From a virus (Duplodnaviria; Caudoviricetes), in IMG/VR virus record IMGVR_UViG_3300034107_000498, positions 1 through 54,925 of that record: a DNA stretch of 54,925 nucleotides; one strand, given 5' to 3'. The notes under the pieces are model-generated. The model saw only the letters and a program-made list of their open reading frames with translations. It did no database searches and was not told where the DNA came from. Positions 1 through 9,412 of this stretch are shown piece after piece. Position 1 is the first letter of the stretch, and every line of letters starts with the position of its first letter. A program made the translations under genes and the position numbers.

Positions 1-2
1 TT

Positions 3-785
3 ATTACAGTTGCAAATATACAGACTTTAGTTAAACATACTGCTGAACTTGCCAAAGAGTTCGGAACAGTAATATTAGATGAAGCACACCATTGTCCTGC
101 AACAACATTTGCAGCAACAGTTGATAGTTTTCATGCTCGTTATAGGCTAGCCCTTAGCGGTACTATGATACGAAAAGACGGTAAACATATTTTATTTAAA
201 GACTACTTTGGTACAACAGTACTAAAGCCTCCAGTATCTAATACTATACCGCCTACTATCCATATGGTTAAAAGTGGAATAACACTTAAACCAAATGTTA
301 CTTGGGTAGATAAGATTACAAATCTTACCCAAGACGATAAGTACAGACAATTTATTGCAGATATAGCTAAGTTGCACGTTGCTGAAGGGCATAGTGTTTT
401 AGTTATTGCTGACCGAGTAGAATTCTTAGAGAAAGTAAAAGAGTATGTTGGTGAAACGTGTTTGTTGGTTACTGGGGGAACCAGTTTTGAAGATAGACAG
501 CAAGCCAAGGCCCAAATCCTTGCCAAAGAAAAAATGTGCATTGCTGGTAGCAGGCAAATATTTTCAGAGGGAATTTCAATCAACATCCTTAGTTGCGTAA
601 TTTTAGCAGTTCCTATGTCAAATGATAGTTTACTAGAACAAATTGCTGGTAGGATTATGCGAATGCATGACGGTAAACTAGACCCGATTATAGTAGACAT
701 TCAATTTGCTGGATACGCCGATAAAAAGCAAAATACAGATAGGTTAGGGCTTTATCTCCGCAAAGGCTGGAAAGTGTTAGCGTAG
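3..785 (+). CDS. D10: SF2 DEAH-box helicase, T5 D10-like (5' truncated)
   Basis: Frame 3 is open from the window start (ITVANIQTL..VILDEAHH, motif II; LSGT, motif III), then SEGISI and EQIAGRIMR (motif VI). Position matches T5 gene order. Confidence 0.9.
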   Translation: MTVANIQTLVKHTAELAKEFGTVILDEAHHCPATTFAATVDSFHARYRLALSGTMIRKDGKHILFKDYFGTTVLKPPVSNTIPPTIHMVKSGITLKPNVTWVDKITNLTQDDKYRQFIADIAKLHVAEGHSVLVIADRVEFLEKVKEYVGETCLLVTGGTSFEDRQQAKAQILAKEKMCIAGSRQIFSEGISINILSCVILAVPMSNDSLLEQIAGRIMRMHDGKLDPIIVDIQFAGYADKKQNTDRLGLYLRKGWKVLA

Positions 786-797
786 ATAAAATTTCAC

Positions 798-826
798 TTG
801 TCAAATGATATCTAAAATGGTATAAT
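798..826 (+). promoter_or_regulatory. sigma70-type promoter
   Basis: TTGTCA-17 bp-TATAAT with extended -10 TG. Confidence 0.75.
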
Positions 827-845
827 ATTTATTAAGTTTCAGTAT

Positions 846-1229
846 ATGACCCTTTTCTTCAACCTTGGATTGCTTGAGTCCGAAACACAATGCGACTCCG
901 TAAAACTAGTTGAAACTTTAAGATTGCATTTTATTAGAAAATCTATTCCTAAAAACAAATACAGTAAAATCAAACCGATTTTTAACTTAAAAGGTAATAG
1001 TTTTCTAATAAACCCTGCTCGATTATTTACTGATACCAGCACAGATATTGTACACAAAGCACAATACATAAGATTAGCGGGGCGTAGAAATTACGCCATA
1101 TATAAACATTACGGTTACACATATCTAGACCTATCTTTTTATTCAGATATTGACTTAAACGCAATAAAATCAAATCCGCTACTAAAAATAACAGAAAACA
1201 AAATTAACTTCAAATACGAGGAAAAATAA
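846..1229 (+). CDS. T5-like hypothetical protein between D10 and D11
   Basis: 127-aa ORF directly after a promoter, in a syntenic position. Confidence 0.7.
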   Translation: MTLFFNLGLLESETQCDSVKLVETLRLHFIRKSIPKNKYSKIKPIFNLKGNSFLINPARLFTDTSTDIVHKAQYIRLAGRRNYAIYKHYGYTYLDLSFYSDIDLNAIKSNPLLKITENKINFKYEEK

Positions 1230-1231
1230 AA

Positions 1232-1873
1232 ATGGCACTTAGTTTTAAAAATACCAAAGGTAAAGCACAATCAAACAAAGTCGAATCTTACGAATACAAA
1301 GATGGCGAAAATACAGTCCGCTTAATTGGCGGAGTTCTTCCACGATATATTTATTGGCTGAAAGGCACTAATAACAAAGATATTCCAGTTGAATGTTTGG
1401 CATTTAGTCGTGAAAAGGAAAAGTTTGATAATATTGAAAAAGATCATGTTAGCGAGTACTTTCCAGAAGCAAAATGCTCTTGGAGCTATTCTGTAAATTG
1501 TATCGACCCTAAGTCGCAGAAAGTTGTTGCTTTAAATCTCAAAAAGAAACTGTTCGAGCAAATCGTTACAGCGGCTGAAGATTTAGGAGACCCTACTGAC
1601 CATGATACAGGTTGGGATGTTGTGTTTAAGCGTGTAAAGACAGGCCCCCTGCCTTTTAATGTTGAATATACACTGCAAGTTTTGCGTTGCAAAGCCCGCC
1701 CATTAACTGACGAAGAGCGTGCTATGGCTAATGCTGCTAAGAATATTGATGAGAAATTTCCTCGTCCTACCGAAGCAGATGTAAAAGCCTTGTTGGAGAA
1801 AATTACTACCAACACTGAAGAAGACGGCGAAGCCCCTTCTTCTGAGCAAGAAGCAGTCAAAGAACTTGGTTAA
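1232..1873 (+). CDS. D11: ssDNA-binding / recombination protein, T5 D11-like
   Basis: GENTVRLIGGVLPRYIYW, LKKKLFEQI, GDPTD..TGWDVVFKRVKTGP, acidic C-terminal tail, GAGG RBS. Confidence 0.8.
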   Translation: MALSFKNTKGKAQSNKVESYEYKDGENTVRLIGGVLPRYIYWLKGTNNKDIPVECLAFSREKEKFDNIEKDHVSEYFPEAKCSWSYSVNCIDPKSQKVVALNLKKKLFEQIVTAAEDLGDPTDHDTGWDVVFKRVKTGPLPFNVEYTLQVLRCKARPLTDEERAMANAAKNIDEKFPRPTEADVKALLEKITTNTEEDGEAPSSEQEAVKELG

Positions 1874-1879
1874 AAACTT

Positions 1880-1914
1880 AAGCCCGCTAAACGAAATGCT
1901 TAGCGGGCTTTTCT
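1880..1914 (+). terminator. Rho-independent terminator
   Basis: AAGCCCGCTAA-loop-TTAGCGGGCTT followed by TTCT. Confidence 0.85.
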
Positions 1915-1929
1915 GTCTCATAAGGCAAT

Positions 1930-2886
1930 ATGAAAGTATTATTTACAGCTGACGTCCATATCAAATTGGGTCAGAAAAACGTACCTATTGAGTGGGCAAA
2001 GAATAGGTTTAATATGCTCTGGCGTCAACTAGAAGCTATTCAAGAAGAGTGTGATCTTTTTGTTATTGGTGGAGATGTTTTTGACAAACTTCCTAATATG
2101 GAAGAACTAGAGACGTATTTTGATTTAGTTAACTCTTGTAAGATTCCAACAATTATTTATGCTGGAAATCATGAGGCTGTTAAGAAAGATACAACCTTTT
2201 TAACAAACTTAAAGCAAGTTACTAACAGACTAAATCCGCAAGTAGAGATTATTGATGACTACTGCAAAATAGAAAATATGGATTTTATACCATATAATAA
2301 ATTAAAAGAATTTGAAAAGAATCCTTTTGAAATTCGTGGAAACATTTGCTTTACTCACGTTCGCGGTGAGATTCCACCCCATGTAAAGCCTGAAATGGAT
2401 TTAGAGTTATTTGCTAGCTATGACGTTGTTTTAGCAGGTGACTTGCACAGTTATGAAAACTCGCAAAAAAATATTATCTATCCTGGAAGTCCCGTTACTA
2501 CTAGCTTTCATCGGGGGAATGTGGCTACTGGTGTTGTTTTACTGGATACCGATAGTCTAGAACATGAGTGGCGCAAGCTAGAGTTGCCGCAACTTATTCG
2601 CAAAACAGTAGCCGTACACGACCCCAAACCTCAAACTGACTATGATCATACAATCTATCAAGTTGAAGGTGATATGCAAGAACTTGGCGAATTAGAAGAT
2701 TCAGATTTAATTGATCGCAAAGTAATTAAACGAGACACAGACTCAGCACTAATCCTAGACAAAGAAATGTCTATGTCAGAAGAAATTCGTGAGTATCTTG
2801 CATACATTCTAGAGTTGCCAGAAGATACTATTGAAAACGTACTAAAGGAGTTCCAAAACCATGCAGACAAAATTGAAACTGAATAG
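1930..2886 (+). CDS. D12: SbcD/Mre11-like metallophosphoesterase nuclease, T5 D12-like
   Basis: Motifs ADVH, GGDVFD, GNHE, GDLH, YPGSP. Confidence 0.92.
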   Translation: MKVLFTADVHIKLGQKNVPIEWAKNRFNMLWRQLEAIQEECDLFVIGGDVFDKLPNMEELETYFDLVNSCKIPTIIYAGNHEAVKKDTTFLTNLKQVTNRLNPQVEIIDDYCKIENMDFIPYNKLKEFEKNPFEIRGNICFTHVRGEIPPHVKPEMDLELFASYDVVLAGDLHSYENSQKNIIYPGSPVTTSFHRGNVATGVVLLDTDSLEHEWRKLELPQLIRKTVAVHDPKPQTDYDHTIYQVEGDMQELGELEDSDLIDRKVIKRDTDSALILDKEMSMSEEIREYLAYILELPEDTIENVLKEFQNHADKIETE

Positions 2887-3139
2887 AGCAGAAGTTTGGT
2901 CGCAAGAAAATTGTCCTGCCTGTCAAGAAGCTAAACGCTTACTTACTTCATATGCTATTGAATATGATGAATGTATGATTGGTATGGGCACATACACTAA
3001 AAAAGATTTAATTGAAAAAGTACCTAATGCCCGAAGCGTTCCACAAGTTTTTATTGGTGGTGAGTATATAGGCGGGTTACCAGAACTAAAAAAGAGACTA
3101 CTCGTAAATGATAACTATAAAACAACTACGATGGGCTAA
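2861..3139 (+). CDS. Glutaredoxin/NrdH-like redoxin
   Basis: CPAC active site, SVPQVF and YIGG motifs. The true start may be TTG near 2873. Confidence 0.88.
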   Translation: MQTKLKLNRAEVWSQENCPACQEAKRLLTSYAIEYDECMIGMGTYTKKDLIEKVPNARSVPQVFIGGEYIGGLPELKKRLLVNDNYKTTTMG

Positions 3140-4904
3140 TGCCTTTAGCTACGGAAAAGATAATAAGATTGATTTTATTTCAGCTCCACTTACACAATTA
3201 GTAGGGCGTAATGGGCACGGTAAAAGTTCTATTGCCCTTATTCTAGAAGAAGTATTATTTAATAAAAATTCAAAAGGTATTAAGAAAGCAGATATCCTTA
3301 ACCGACACATTAAAGATAAGTCGTATAGTATTGAACTAGACTTTAATCGAGATGATGTAGACTATACAATTAAGTCTAGTCGCGGCACTGCACAAATAGT
3401 AAAACTATTTAAAGAAGGTGTAGACATAAGTGCACATACGGCAACAGCAACATATAAAATGATCGAAGATATTTTAGGCTTCGATCATAAAAGCTTTGCA
3501 CAAATTGTTTATCAGTCAAATGCATCTAGTCTAGAGTTCTTAACTGCACCTGATACTGCTCGTAAAAAGTTTCTTATTGAAATCCTTAATTTAGGTAAGT
3601 ATACCCGTGCTGCTGAGGTATTTAAAGAAGTAAGTACCCAACTTACAAAAGATATTACAGCCGTACAATCACAAGTAAATACTGTGGCAAGCTGGTTAAA
3701 TAAATATGAGAAAACCGATTTAACACTAAAAGAAATTATTGCAAGTCCTGAGTTAAATACTGTGATAATAACAGAAGCTGCTACGCTAGATTCTAGCATA
3801 AACAGTATTGAGTCTACTAATAAAAAGATTTCTCAAAACAATACTTACAAGCAGCTACAGTCAAAGATTAAATTACTGCCAATTCCTGAAAAGCCTGAAG
3901 AAGGCGTAGAAAGCTATCAAGCAGAAGTAGCAAAACTATCTAAAACAGTTAGTGATGCTCAAGCTTTTGTTTTAAAAATGAAAGCACTACACGGAACCTG
4001 CCCTACTTGTTTATCAGATATTGACGAAGAAAAAGTAGCTGAATTAATTGAAGAAAAAACTGGAGAAGCTGAAATAGCTGCTGTAGAAACTATGAGTTAT
4101 ACTCAAAAAATAGTTCAAATTAAACAACAGAAAACAGCTTGGCAAGAAGCTCAAAAATCTCAAGAAGATTGGGAAAAGTATCATGCTTTAATTGATACAG
4201 AGTTACCAGAGATATTACTAGACAAACAAACCCTACAACAACAGTTTACAGAATTACAAAATTCAATTGCTGCTACTAAACGTAAAATTGTTGAAGCAGA
4301 GCAATATAATAAAGAAGTAACTGCACACAACACTAAAGTAGATTTAGTATCAAAACAATTGGTTGAAATGAACCAAGAACTAGAAACTTATAGTGGTAAA
4401 TTGCATGAGTTAAGCGAAAGAATGAGTATTTTAAATGTTTTAACAAAAACATTTAGTACAACAGGTTTAGTAGCCTATAAAATTGAGAGTTTAGTAAAAG
4501 ACTTAGAAGAAATTACAAATAAATATTTGGTTGATCTAAGTGATGGAAGATTTCAAATTGGTTTCAAAATTAGTGCTAGCGACAAATTAAATGTTGTTAT
4601 TACTGATAATGGAAAAGATATTGAAATACTGGCTCTTAGTGGTGGTGAGAAAGCAAGAGTTAATGTAGCTACTTTATTAGCTATTAGAAAATTAATGCAA
4701 ACATTATCCAGTTCTAGAATCAATCTATTAATACTGGATGAAACTGTGGAAACACTCGATACTGACGGAAAAGAAAAGTTAGTAGAAGTGCTACTACAAG
4801 AAGAACATTTAAATACATTCTTAGTAAGTCATGGCTTCAGCCATCCACTACTAGAAAAAATTAATGTTATTAAACGTAACAACATATCCAAAATAGAGGT
4901 ATAA
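3108..4904 (+). CDS. D13: SbcC/Rad50-like ATPase, T5 D13-like
   Basis: Walker A GRNGHGKS, CPTC zinc hook within coiled coil, LSGGE signature, Walker B LILDE. Confidence 0.95.
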   Translation: MITIKQLRWANAFSYGKDNKIDFISAPLTQLVGRNGHGKSSIALILEEVLFNKNSKGIKKADILNRHIKDKSYSIELDFNRDDVDYTIKSSRGTAQIVKLFKEGVDISAHTATATYKMIEDILGFDHKSFAQIVYQSNASSLEFLTAPDTARKKFLIEILNLGKYTRAAEVFKEVSTQLTKDITAVQSQVNTVASWLNKYEKTDLTLKEIIASPELNTVIITEAATLDSSINSIESTNKKISQNNTYKQLQSKIKLLPIPEKPEEGVESYQAEVAKLSKTVSDAQAFVLKMKALHGTCPTCLSDIDEEKVAELIEEKTGEAEIAAVETMSYTQKIVQIKQQKTAWQEAQKSQEDWEKYHALIDTELPEILLDKQTLQQQFTELQNSIAATKRKIVEAEQYNKEVTAHNTKVDLVSKQLVEMNQELETYSGKLHELSERMSILNVLTKTFSTTGLVAYKIESLVKDLEEITNKYLVDLSDGRFQIGFKISASDKLNVVITDNGKDIEILALSGGEKARVNVATLLAIRKLMQTLSSSRINLLILDETVETLDTDGKEKLVEVLLQEEHLNTFLVSHGFSHPLLEKINVIKRNNISKIEV

Positions 4905-4905
4905 T

Positions 4906-5211
4906 ATGATTTTAGAAGAAATTGACGGAGACGTAAAAGTCGTCCTTAACGGAAAAACCCTAGCAATAGGTGATACTATTGAAGATAACCAGTATCCTTT
5001 TGTTGGTGTATCAGGTAAAGGTAAAGCTGTTTTCCGAGTAGACCCTAGTTGCACTGTTGAGTGTAAAGGCGTAGAAATTATTGTTGAAACTGATTCACCT
5101 GCAGCAGTAGTTGAAAAAGTTGTTGTTAAAACAGTATCCAAAACTGTTATACCACCTGCTGAACCAACACCTGCTGAACCAACACCTGCTGAATCAGCAC
5201 CTGAGGCATAA
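4906..5211 (+). CDS. hypothetical protein with C-terminal PAEPT repeats
   Basis: 101-aa ORF with GAGGT RBS; tandem CCTGCTGAACCAACA. Confidence 0.65.
   Translation: MILEEIDGDVKVVLNGKTLAIGDTIEDNQYPFVGVSGKGKAVFRVDPSCTVECKGVEIIVETDSPAAVVEKVVVKTVSKTVIPPAEPTPAEPTPAESAPEA
5155..5193 (+). repeat. 15-bp tandem repeat (about 2.6 copies) encoding PAEPT
   Basis: cctgctgaaccaaca x2 + cctgctgaa. Confidence 0.85.
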
Positions 5212-5212
5212 T

Positions 5213-5539
5213 ATGGCAACAGAATTCCAAATTAAAATTACAGCTATAGCTACTAGTACAATCTATGATTTAGCTGGAGTAATAAAACGTGTTGACTTTG
5301 TAGTTCGTGGAACAAAAGAAAATCATGTATATGAAATACCAGAAAGCGTTAGTTTAGCAAATCCATCTCCAGATACTTTTAAAGTACTATCTAGCGTAGT
5401 TGAGGCCGATGTTATTGACTGGGTTTCTAATAATTACGATAACTTACCTAGTACAAAAGCTCACGTAGAATATATGTTAGATAAACAGATATCTCAAGGT
5501 GAGTTAATACCTACACCAATGCCTTGGACTACTGAGTAA
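5213..5539 (+). CDS. hypothetical phage protein (108 aa)
   Basis: Start reassigned to ATG 5213 (MATEFQIK), GAGG RBS; ends PTPMPWTTE; TAATG overlap with the next gene. Confidence 0.7.
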   Translation: MATEFQIKITAIATSTIYDLAGVIKRVDFVVRGTKENHVYEIPESVSLANPSPDTFKVLSSVVEADVIDWVSNNYDNLPSTKAHVEYMLDKQISQGELIPTPMPWTTE

Positions 5540-5997
5540 TGGCAGTAGATCCTAGGGCTAAAGGCGCTAGAACAGAGACCACAGTACGTGATTTGTTAAA
5601 AAAGCATACTGGTTTAGCTTGGGAAAGAGTACCTGGATCAGGTGCTCTTGACCCTAAACATCAGCTTAAGGGCGATTTATACGTTCCTGGGCGAACCAAC
5701 CTTTGGTGTGTAGAAGTTAAAGGCTATGCGGAAGATCACCTTACTTCACACTTACTAACATCCAAGACTCCGCAACTAGTAGAATTCTGGCAACAGACTA
5801 CTCGTCAAGGCACTCAAGTAAACAAAAAACCTTTGCTGATTTTTAAATTTGATCGCAGCAAAGTATTTGTTGCTTTTGATGAAATGCCTAACTCACAAAA
5901 CTATCGTTGTTTATACTATAACCACGAAGACCACGAATTCTATGCTGCATTGCTAGAAGATTGGTTAAAGTGGGAGCAACCAGTATTTGTAACTTGA
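5539..5997 (+). CDS. D14: Holliday junction resolvase-like PD-(D/E)xK nuclease, T5 D14-like
   Basis: KGARTE, RVPGSGA, GDLY, VEVK motifs; synteny. Confidence 0.88.
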   Translation: MAVDPRAKGARTETTVRDLLKKHTGLAWERVPGSGALDPKHQLKGDLYVPGRTNLWCVEVKGYAEDHLTSHLLTSKTPQLVEFWQQTTRQGTQVNKKPLLIFKFDRSKVFVAFDEMPNSQNYRCLYYNHEDHEFYAALLEDWLKWEQPVFVT

Positions 5998-6022
5998 CAA
6001 AACAACTTAACAGTGGTATAAT
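5994..6022 (+). promoter_or_regulatory. consensus sigma70 promoter
   Basis: TTGACA-17 bp-TATAAT with extended TG. Confidence 0.88.
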
Positions 6023-6044
6023 AACAGATTAACACGCAAACTAT

Positions 6045-6890
6045 ATGTCAAAAACATTCTCAAAAATTACCGAATCAAACAATACTCTGTTAGTTGTTGA
6101 CTCTCTTAATCTTGCATTTCGCTATAAACATAGTGGTGCAACAGATTTTGCAGAGGACTACTTACGCACAGTTCAAAGTCTTAAAAAATCATATAAAGCA
6201 AGTCATGTGATTATTGCTGGCGATATGGGCTCATCAAGCTATCGCAAAGCTATTTATCCTGAGTACAAACAAAATCGTAAAGATAAATTTGCGGAACAAA
6301 CAGACGCTGAAAAAGCAGCTTTTGAATTGTTCTTTGAAGACTTTACCAAAACACTAGAACATATTGCTGAAACTACTGAGTTTCCAATTTTACGCTTTCA
6401 AGGCGTTGAGGCGGATGACATTGCAGCATATATTGTATCAAAAAAATCAAAACTCCCTATTGATGATATCTGGCTAGTTAGTTCAGATAAAGACTGGGAT
6501 TTATTAGTTCAACCTAACGTATCAAGATTCTCTTATGTTACACGCAAAGAAGTTACAGTCGATAACTGGAATGACCATTATGACTTTAATCCCGAAGATT
6601 ACATTAGTATTAAGTGCCTTACTGGTGATACTGGTGATAATGTTTTTGGCGTGCCTGGCATTGGACCTAAACGAGCAGTCGGCTTGGTTAATGAATATGG
6701 CAGTACCTATGACATTATTGCAAGCATCCCTCTTTCAGGTAAATATAAATACATCCAAGCCCTAAATGAATGTAAAGATACATTAGCATTAAACTATAAA
6801 TTAATGGATTTAGTCACCTTTTGCGAAGAAGCAATCGGTACTGAAAATTGCAAACAAATTGACGAAACCTTAGAGCTATATTTAAAATGA
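6045..6890 (+). CDS. D15: 5'-3' exonuclease / flap endonuclease, T5 D15-like
   Basis: VDSLNLAFR, YKQNR, EADD, SSDKD, GDTGDNVFGVPGIGPKRA (H3TH). Confidence 0.95.
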   Translation: MSKTFSKITESNNTLLVVDSLNLAFRYKHSGATDFAEDYLRTVQSLKKSYKASHVIIAGDMGSSSYRKAIYPEYKQNRKDKFAEQTDAEKAAFELFFEDFTKTLEHIAETTEFPILRFQGVEADDIAAYIVSKKSKLPIDDIWLVSSDKDWDLLVQPNVSRFSYVTRKEVTVDNWNDHYDFNPEDYISIKCLTGDTGDNVFGVPGIGPKRAVGLVNEYGSTYDIIASIPLSGKYKYIQALNECKDTLALNYKLMDLVTFCEEAIGTENCKQIDETLELYLK

Positions 6891-7360
6891 ACGGAACAAC
6901 AACTATTTCAAACGGTACTTACAATGTAAATACCATGAGCTATACGCAACTAGAGTGTATGCTAAAGCCAGGAGCTCAGCTTCCTTATCGTGCACATCCC
7001 ACAGATGCTGGAGCAGATTTAATGAGCAACGAAGATTTGGAAATTTATCCAAACGAGCAAAAACTTGTTGATACGGGTATAGCGATTAAAATTCCACAAG
7101 GCTTCGCAGGCTTTGTGTATAATAGAAGCTCTCAAGGAAAAAAGGGAATTACTATCCCTCACAGCGTAGGCGTGATAGATAGTGGTTATCGTGACACAAT
7201 TAAAGTTTTGTTAAAAAATATCGGTGATGACCCTTATAAAATTACAACTGGTGATAGAATTGCCCAGTTGGTTATTCAGAAGGTTGAACTAGTAGGCTTT
7301 AAAGATATTTGGAACGACTCTACCCGAGGCACAGGAGGCTTCGGTTCAACAGGAACATAA
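6887..7360 (+). CDS. dut: trimeric dUTPase
   Basis: AGADL, RSS, GVIDSGYR, GDRIAQL, RGTGGFGSTG. Confidence 0.96.
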   Translation: MNGTTTISNGTYNVNTMSYTQLECMLKPGAQLPYRAHPTDAGADLMSNEDLEIYPNEQKLVDTGIAIKIPQGFAGFVYNRSSQGKKGITIPHSVGVIDSGYRDTIKVLLKNIGDDPYKITTGDRIAQLVIQKVELVGFKDIWNDSTRGTGGFGSTGT

Positions 7361-7367
7361 GGAAATC

Positions 7368-9332
7368 ATGGCATTTAGCACAAGAGCGCAAGTAATAACA
7401 CGTCGTACATATAATAGACCAACTTCAGACGACGGAAAACAATTTGAAACGTGGCAAGAAACAGTAGCCCGAGTTATTGATCACCAAGAATGGTTGTGGC
7501 AACGCGCTGCTAAGCGAGATCTAACAGATGTAGAATATTCAGAACTTTATGATCTTGAACAGCTGATGCTGGATCGTAAAGTAGCTATGAGTGGTCGTAC
7601 TCTTTGGTTAGGCGGCACTGATGTAGCTAAAACTCGTGAAGCTTCACAATTTAATTGCAGCTTTACTCATGTAGAGACTGTATATGATGTAGTAGACTGC
7701 TTATGGCTTTTACTGCAAGGATGCGGAGTAGGATTTAAACCAATTGTTGGTACTTTAAATGGTTTTTCAAAGCCGATTAAAAATATCCGTGTAGTACGTA
7801 GTACTCGCACAGCCAAAGGTGGAAATGAGCACAATACTGAAACATTTGATCAAGAAACTAAAACGTGGACTATTCAAGTTGGGGATTCTGCAGAAGCCTG
7901 GGCAAAATCTATCGGTAAGCTTATTGCTGGTAAGTACGCTGCTGATAGTCTCGTACTCGACTTTAGTCAGCTACGCCCTGCTGGGGAAAGGTTAAAAGGC
8001 TATGGATGGATTTCAAGTGGAGACACTGCTATATCAACTGCATATGTGGCTATTGCAAACATCCTTAATGGGCGCGCTGATAGTTTACTTACTAGGATGG
8101 ATATTCTCGACATTGTTAATCATCTTGGCACTATTCTTAGCAGTCGCCGTAGTGCAGAAATTGCTTTGTTCGACTATGGACAACCCGAATGGGAAGAATT
8201 TGCTGTAGCTAAAAAAGACTGGTGGTTGTACAATAACTCACACCGCCAACAATCTAACAATTCACTAGTATTTAAAGAAAAACCGCTAAAAGCTGACTTG
8301 CAAAAGATTTTTGATCTAATGCTAGAAGCAGGCGGTTCAGAACCAGGATTTATCAATGAAGTTGAAGCTCTCCGTCGCGCTCCATGGTTCAAAGGTGCAA
8401 ACCCTTGCGTGGAAATCTTACTCGGTAATAAATCATTTTGTAATCTTACCGAAACAGACATTGCTAAATTTAAAGGCGATACCGCTGGACTTCACAACGC
8501 CATCAGGCTTGCAGCTCGCGCTAACTATCGCCAAACTTGTGTAAACTTACAAGACGGGATTTTACAAGAATCTTGGCACTTAAATAACTACTTTATGCGT
8601 TTGTGCGGAGTTGGTTTAACAGGTATTGCTAAACGCCCTGATATGAATGGTTACGACTATGAGTATTTGAAGCGTACTGCAACTGGTGCTGCTATTGGCA
8701 TGGCTCAAGAACTAGATTTACCTAGTCCCAAGAATATTACTTGTGTTAAGCCTAGTGGAACATTGTCCAAGATTATGGATACCACAGAAGGAATTCACAA
8801 GCCTCTAGGAAAGTATATTTTTAATAATGTTCAATTTAGTAAATTTGACCCTATTGTTGAAGTACTGCGCGATGCTAATTATAACGTTGTTAATCACCCC
8901 ACTGATGATAGCGGTGTACTTATTACATTCCCTGTTGAGTGGATTGATGTTCCTTTCCATAAAGTTAATGGAAAAGAAGTCAACCTTGACACAGCAATCG
9001 AACAACTCGAAAAGTATAAGTTAATCCAAACTTCATGGACTCAGCAAAACACCTCAGTAACAATTAGCTATGATCCTAGTGAAGTCCCTGCAATTATTGA
9101 CTGGTTATTAGATAACTGGGATTGTTATGTAGGTGTTTCATTCATCTATCGTACTGATCCTACTAAAACAGCTAAAGATCTCGGATACTTATACTTACCA
9201 CAAGAAGTTGTGGATGAGCAAACATTCCGTAATTATGTTCAACAATTAAGCCCAGTAAGCCTAGAAAATGCCAATAGTTTTGATGAAATTATGGGCGAAG
9301 AATGTTCAACGGGAAGTTGTCCTATCCGATAA
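7368..9332 (+). CDS. nrdJ: class II (adenosylcobalamin-dependent) ribonucleotide reductase, RTPR-type
   Basis: RTYNR, SGRTLW, FNCS, GCGVGF, RRSAEIAL, NPCVEI (thiyl Cys), CNLTE, KPSGT, C-terminal CSTGSCPIR; no nrdB partner in the window. Confidence 0.92.
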   Translation: MAFSTRAQVITRRTYNRPTSDDGKQFETWQETVARVIDHQEWLWQRAAKRDLTDVEYSELYDLEQLMLDRKVAMSGRTLWLGGTDVAKTREASQFNCSFTHVETVYDVVDCLWLLLQGCGVGFKPIVGTLNGFSKPIKNIRVVRSTRTAKGGNEHNTETFDQETKTWTIQVGDSAEAWAKSIGKLIAGKYAADSLVLDFSQLRPAGERLKGYGWISSGDTAISTAYVAIANILNGRADSLLTRMDILDIVNHLGTILSSRRSAEIALFDYGQPEWEEFAVAKKDWWLYNNSHRQQSNNSLVFKEKPLKADLQKIFDLMLEAGGSEPGFINEVEALRRAPWFKGANPCVEILLGNKSFCNLTETDIAKFKGDTAGLHNAIRLAARANYRQTCVNLQDGILQESWHLNNYFMRLCGVGLTGIAKRPDMNGYDYEYLKRTATGAAIGMAQELDLPSPKNITCVKPSGTLSKIMDTTEGIHKPLGKYIFNNVQFSKFDPIVEVLRDANYNVVNHPTDDSGVLITFPVEWIDVPFHKVNGKEVNLDTAIEQLEKYKLIQTSWTQQNTSVTISYDPSEVPAIIDWLLDNWDCYVGVSFIYRTDPTKTAKDLGYLYLPQEVVDEQTFRNYVQQLSPVSLENANSFDEIMGEECSTGSCPIR

Positions 9333-9350
9333 GATAGTAAAAATCTTGTA

Positions 9351-9379
9351 TTGCAATTATTGTGCTTATGGTATATAAT
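9351..9379 (+). promoter_or_regulatory. sigma70 promoter for the endonuclease gene
   Basis: TTGCAA-17 bp-TATAAT. Confidence 0.7.
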
Positions 9380-9412
9380 ATAAGTATATTATTAAAATAG
9401 GCGCAATAATTC

